From positions 1-64,000 of the IMG/VR virus record IMGVR_UViG_3300009506_000022: a stretch of 64,000 nt of DNA; one strand, written 5' to 3'. Source of the DNA: a virus. Both the position numbers and the translations under genes were made by a program. Shown here in pieces: positions 59,861-64,000 of the stretch; position 1 is the first letter of the stretch, and each line of letters opens with the position of its first letter. Under the pieces are notes generated by a model. That model ran no database searches. It saw only the letters and a list, made by a program, of their open reading frames with translations, and was not told the origin of the DNA.

Positions 59861-61072
59861 ATGGGTTTATCAAATGAAGAACTTGCAATGATCCAGAAGG
59901 CTATTACCGCGGCAAACGTCCTAGTTTCTGCAGGAAAGCTAAATCCAGTACAGGCCTCGAAGTTTCTCGATTATGTGATCGACACCACCGTTATGAAGAA
60001 CAATGTTCGTATTGTTCGTTTTCGTAACGAGAAGATGGAGATCAATAAACTCGATATCGGGAATCGAGTTATGTTTCCTGGAACCGAGTATCAAGCTCCA
60101 CAAGAGCGTCAAGGGGTTACATCTTCCAAGCTCGAGCTTCAACCGAAAGAGGTTGTTTGTGCTTTCGATATCACCGACACCTTCAAGAATCAAAATATCG
60201 AAGGTGATAACGCCGCTGATCACATCATGCGGATGTTTGCAACGGGTTGGGGAAACAACATGGAAGAGACAGCGATCAACGGTGATGTCGTTGGTCCAGC
60301 TGGTCTTGAAAATGATGTGTGGGGGTCTGGCTCAACCACACAATACGTCCTTGATTCTTTGCTGGCTTTATTTGACGGTTGGTGGCGTAAAGCAGATGGC
60401 GCTCATCTCGTTAATATGAATGGTGCAAATGTTGGAATCAGTGTTTTTCGGAAGATGTTGACTGCAATGCCAGCCAAGTTCAAAAAGCAACGGCGTAATC
60501 TTCGATGGCTTGTTTCCGATGAGTTGGCGGATGTGTATATCGAAAAGGTTTCAACACGCCAAACAGCGAAGGGTGATCGTGCGGCTGAAGGCGAGGAACA
60601 ATCTCCTCTTGGAATCCCCATGGTGAGAATCCCGGGATTGCCTTTTAACCCAAAGATCGTTCAACATGTCGCGCTTCCGAACGACACCGCAGTAGCTTTA
60701 CGCTACAAACCGATTGTTTCTGCTTCAGAGGTAGTGACACCAAGCACGTTGGATCGAACTCCAGTGACTCCATATGTTGAGGGAACCGCCTATGATATGG
60801 ATTACGTCAATGGGACGATCACAAATCCAAGTGGTGACGCAACTATCGGTGATGGCGATACTGTCAAGATCACTTACGAAGCGGCTCCTCAAATCATTCT
60901 AACCCATTGGCAGAACTTCATTCTTGCTTTTGGGATGGATGATCTCAAAGTCGAGAGACAACGCAATATCCACAAGCGCGCTGATGAGTATGTTATGAGT
61001 GGTCGGTTTGACCAACTGATTGAAAACCTCGATGCTTGCGTCAAGGGATACAATCTAGGGGATAGTCTATAG
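59861..61072 (+). CDS. major capsid protein (HK97 fold) with inserted beta domain
   Basis: AGKLNP.QA..FLD, NIEG, E...INGD, DGW, MP.KFK; strong SD AGGAGG; follows scaffold. Confidence 0.9.
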   Translation: MGLSNEELAMIQKAITAANVLVSAGKLNPVQASKFLDYVIDTTVMKNNVRIVRFRNEKMEINKLDIGNRVMFPGTEYQAPQERQGVTSSKLELQPKEVVCAFDITDTFKNQNIEGDNAADHIMRMFATGWGNNMEETAINGDVVGPAGLENDVWGSGSTTQYVLDSLLALFDGWWRKADGAHLVNMNGANVGISVFRKMLTAMPAKFKKQRRNLRWLVSDELADVYIEKVSTRQTAKGDRAAEGEEQSPLGIPMVRIPGLPFNPKIVQHVALPNDTAVALRYKPIVSASEVVTPSTLDRTPVTPYVEGTAYDMDYVNGTITNPSGDATIGDGDTVKITYEAAPQIILTHWQNFILAFGMDDLKVERQRNIHKRADEYVMSGRFDQLIENLDACVKGYNLGDSL

Positions 61073-61080
61073 GCTGTATT

Positions 61081-61123
61081 TTAGAGCAAGGTGTACTTTA
61101 TGGGATTGTACACCTTGCTCTAA
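61081..61123 (+). terminator. 16-bp stem-loop after capsid gene (terminator, processing or stability element)
   Basis: TTAGAGCAAGGTGTAC-N11-GTACACCTTGCTCTAA, no U-tract. Confidence 0.6.
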
Positions 61124-61146
61124 CCATGTGATTGGAGGACTCAAGC

Positions 61147-61449
61147 ATGGAAGCAACGATTCAACTGAAAGGCTGTAGAAGCCATAGTGTTACGATCAAA
61201 GGCAATTCGGTCAAATTTATTTTTGGGCGCGGGTTTCCGACATCCAACACTGATGTGATCGAATATTGTGAATCTCAACCAGATATGTTCGGTGTCACTA
61301 AGAAGGTCGAACAAGAGAAGTCAGATAAACTAGCTGCAGCTCCCAAACAACAAGCCGTTGAGCACGAGGAAAGAGAGGAAGATGATTCGCCAACCAAAAG
61401 CGAATCGCCTCCACCTCGAGGTAGACGGAGAAAGGTCAAGGCTGAATAG
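61147..61449 (+). CDS. hypothetical head-associated protein
   Basis: SD GGAGG; follows capsid gene. Confidence 0.6.
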   Translation: MEATIQLKGCRSHSVTIKGNSVKFIFGRGFPTSNTDVIEYCESQPDMFGVTKKVEQEKSDKLAAAPKQQAVEHEEREEDDSPTKSESPPPRGRRRKVKAE

Positions 61450-61451
61450 CA

Positions 61452-61811
61452 ATGACTCGAACCTTTTATGCGCCAAAGAATGTTGGTCCAGTCCAAATTG
61501 ACTTGCCAGAATTCAAAGTGAAAGGACGCAAAGGAGCGCTTCATATTAGACCTTCATCGACTCTATCTTTGTCTGATGACGAAGTGAAGTTTCTCTCAAC
61601 TAACAAAAAGACCAAAGAGCTTTTTTTAAAGCTTAGAGAAACGACACCAAAAAAAAGTGGAGTTTATAAACCTGTTGTTCGGCCACCAGCTGGAAATGAA
61701 CTCTTTGTTGGAAGCAATCTAACAGATGTGAAAGACGAACAGAAAACAGGTGGAACTTTGGAGGAAGGTAAGAAGAAAGCTTCAACTGTTCAGAAAAAGA
61801 AATCTGAATAG
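61452..61811 (+). CDS. hypothetical protein
   Basis: ORF in structural operon. Confidence 0.55.
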   Translation: MTRTFYAPKNVGPVQIDLPEFKVKGRKGALHIRPSSTLSLSDDEVKFLSTNKKTKELFLKLRETTPKKSGVYKPVVRPPAGNELFVGSNLTDVKDEQKTGGTLEEGKKKASTVQKKKSE

Positions 61812-61834
61812 TTTCGCGTCCTCTAGAGGAGGAC

Positions 61835-62215
61835 ATGTTAAAGATACATTTATCAGATGGAAGGACACTTAGTTTTGATTTGAGTGATCCTGATAAAGCG
61901 AAAGAATGGTTATCCCTCGTGAGAAAACTTGCATTTCAGGATTCTATACGCGGGATGACCATTCAGCATAATGGGGGTTCATATTCGCTAACAAGGCCTG
62001 ATTCTTTTCATCATCTTTGGCTGTTTGCGGAACATCTTGATCCAGAACAAAGCAAGAAGTTCAAAGGCGGTAAACAGCTGATTTGTCAGGCTGATGATGT
62101 TCGAGTTTCCATGATGATCCATGAAAAGTCTCGAGCTGTTCGTGTTAGCCTGAAGCGGACTGGTTCTCAACGCTACAATCCGATCATGGATGATGGGAGG
62201 GCTTATGGCGGTTGA
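61835..62215 (+). CDS. hypothetical protein
   Basis: SD GAGGAGG. Confidence 0.6.
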   Translation: MLKIHLSDGRTLSFDLSDPDKAKEWLSLVRKLAFQDSIRGMTIQHNGGSYSLTRPDSFHHLWLFAEHLDPEQSKKFKGGKQLICQADDVRVSMMIHEKSRAVRVSLKRTGSQRYNPIMDDGRAYGG

Positions 62216-62774
62216 TGAACTAGTGAAGAATCGACAGCTTTCGCTTCCAGATACATTCAACGATCAGTTGAGTGGCGAAGACATTGAGGACATAGAATCA
62301 ACTGCGGATCATATGGGTCATTTTCTTTGGGCAGTGATGAGCCAGTTCAAGCGGATCATCCATGGAGATGATGTTGGTAACTGGACAGACAACCCAGTTG
62401 AGATCTTTGGTGGCGATGCTTCTTTGAAAGCACTGTTTGAAGGTGCAAGCGTTTCAAATCAACGCGCTAGCTTGAGCAATAAAGCAATGGCTGCGCAAGC
62501 CACAAGTTCAGATGGCGATCTTGCTTGTGATGTTGCTATTGCCGCAACACCTTCAAATGATGGATATGTTAGAATTTCGATAAACGGCCTTGCAATCAAT
62601 TTGGGCGATGGGGTCAAAACAACAGAGGGCTATTTTTCAAATGATGGCGGCGCAACAGCTCGAGACATTGCCGATATTGCAAGTGGTGATTTGTTGTATT
62701 GGAATGGAAGCGTTGCTAAATATGAGCTTTCTATCGAGGACATTGTTGATTTTGAATATTCAGAGGACACCTGA
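62205..62774 (+). CDS. virion structural protein
   Basis: V.ISING....G.G.K....YFS.DGG.TAR....I..GD.LYWNGS.A.Y.L pattern typical of virion beta-domains. Confidence 0.65.
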   Translation: MAVDELVKNRQLSLPDTFNDQLSGEDIEDIESTADHMGHFLWAVMSQFKRIIHGDDVGNWTDNPVEIFGGDASLKALFEGASVSNQRASLSNKAMAAQATSSDGDLACDVAIAATPSNDGYVRISINGLAINLGDGVKTTEGYFSNDGGATARDIADIASGDLLYWNGSVAKYELSIEDIVDFEYSEDT

Positions 62775-63199
62775 TGCAACTACCGATAAAACAGCTTCGC
62801 CAAAGTGGCGCTTCTGATGGTCAGGTTCCAACCTGGAGCGATGCGCTTCAGCAGTATGTTCCTCAAACGGTTTCTGGTGGTGGTGGTGGCAACACGTTTG
62901 TTGCAGAACCTTTTGTGTATGCAGATACAACAAATAAAGTGATTGGTCCTTTATCGAATACTCCAGCAAACTTGTCTTCCGTTAGTTTATTTCCTATTAC
63001 TGGCTTGATCCAAAAATACACACAAGACTACACGGTTAGATTGGTAATCGGCGGAAGCGCTCCTGGTTATTATATTTGTTTGTCACCAACGAGTACTCCA
63101 CCAGGTGGCGGTTCGTTTTCTGGAAGTTCAAATCCAGCAACTGGAATAGATGGGAATCTAGATCTTGGCGACGATTTTAGAGTTTTATATCCGTATTAG
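62774..63199 (+). CDS. virion structural/fibre-associated protein
   Basis: GASDGQV..W and Gly-rich linker. Confidence 0.55.
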   Translation: MQLPIKQLRQSGASDGQVPTWSDALQQYVPQTVSGGGGGNTFVAEPFVYADTTNKVIGPLSNTPANLSSVSLFPITGLIQKYTQDYTVRLVIGGSAPGYYICLSPTSTPPGGGSFSGSSNPATGIDGNLDLGDDFRVLYPY

Positions 63200-63207
63200 G
63201 AGGACAC

Positions 63208-64000
63208 ATGTCAAAAATACAAACAAAGTGGATTGCGGATGATGCTATTACTGCTGATAAGATTCATTCTGGAGTTGCTGGCGATGGTCTGATTCAAGCT
63301 GGCGATGGTTCGCTTGAAGTAAACGATGACGATTCGACCCTTGAGATTTCAGCTGATATTTTACAGGTAAAAGACCTTGGCATTACAACAGCTAAGTTGG
63401 CTGCGACTTCGGTAACTTCAGCGAAGCTAGGGGTTGTTGCTGGTGATGGCATTACAGGCGGCAACGGATCGGATTTAGCCGTAGATCCAGACGTGACTGG
63501 CGGCGCCAACCTTGCTCGAGCGATTAGTGTTTCGTCAAATGGCGTTGCGGTAAAAATTGATAACGACACTATTGTTGAAAATGGTTCGCAGCAACTTGCG
63601 GTTGGAGCCAATAGCATTGGAGCCAACGAAGTCGACGAAAGCGATAGCTACACTTGGGTTACAGGGAGCCACGATTTTACTGGTTCTGGTGGCGTTACGG
63701 TTCCAACGCCAACTGGAGACACCGATGCTGTAACTAAAGCGTATGCAGATGCATTACGCCAAGGAGCTAAACCAAAAGATCCAGCTGAAGCTTTGGCTGA
63801 TAGCAATCAGACTTTGAGCGGATTGCCAAGCAACATTGATGGAGTTACCTCTTGGTCGGCTGGCGATCGCGTGTTGCTTACAAATCAAACGACACCTTCA
63901 GAAAACGGCATTTGGGAAGTTCAAACAGGTTCTTGGACGCGACCTGTAGATTTTGATACTGGCGATAGCGCTGGTGGTTCTCAGATTTGGATTCATGCTG
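63208..64000 (+). CDS. head/tail fibre-like protein, 3'-truncated by window edge
   Basis: SD AGGAGG; IADDAITADKI/GITTAKL repeats, VAGDG repeats, DAVTKAYAD, GDRVLL.NQT..SENGIW. Confidence 0.8.
   Translation, partial: MSKIQTKWIADDAITADKIHSGVAGDGLIQAGDGSLEVNDDDSTLEISADILQVKDLGITTAKLAATSVTSAKLGVVAGDGITGGNGSDLAVDPDVTGGANLARAISVSSNGVAVKIDNDTIVENGSQQLAVGANSIGANEVDESDSYTWVTGSHDFTGSGGVTVPTPTGDTDAVTKAYADALRQGAKPKDPAEALADSNQTLSGLPSNIDGVTSWSAGDRVLLTNQTTPSENGIWEVQTGSWTRPVDFDTGDSAGGSQIWIHA

Noticed and set aside
1-64000. CRISPR array, retron/DGR reverse transcriptase, introns or inteins
   Set aside because: No regularly spaced repeat-spacer units, no RT motifs, and TerL, RecA, UvrD and DnaE segments are uninterrupted and of normal length
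1-64000. Stop-codon reassignment
   Set aside because: Recognisable genes are full-length in the standard code and end in TAA, TAG and TGA with tight coupling

Overview
This window is 64 kb of a large tailed dsDNA phage genome (Caudoviricetes-like), with nearly all genes on the + strand and read in the standard code. It has four parts. (1) 1-10 kb is a replication/recombination module: DnaE C-terminal part, HU-like protein, UvsY-like mediator, gp32-like SSB with Cys4 repeats, RecA, SbcD/SbcC, RuvC-like resolvase and family-4 UDG. (2) 10-41 kb is accessory: SpeD, SleB-like hydrolase, Cmk, dCMP deaminase, stand-alone TSCPD domain, an atypical C5 methyltransferase, a degenerate HPRT, NADAR, MazG-like proteins, UvrD, SLOG and many small ORFs, interrupted by a non-coding control region at about 24.8-25.5 kb. 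(3) 41-49 kb holds promoter-bearing early/moron genes, a lipoprotein metallopeptidase, a serine recombinase, an MT-A70 methyltransferase and a papain-like protease. (4) 49-64 kb is the head module: TerS?, TerL, portal, MuF, protease, scaffold, major capsid and fibre-like proteins. The main candidate for a new system is the 1376-aa ORF at the prohead-protease position. It joins an ASCH-like domain, two Dam-like adenine methyltransferase domains and LigD-phosphoesterase-like segments to a C-terminal XkdF-type protease. The domains are separated by [ILV]-x-K motifs that also occur at the capsid and scaffold N-termini, which suggests a self-processing polyprotein that loads DNA-modifying enzymes into the capsid. 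All family calls come from motif recognition by eye; no database searches were run.
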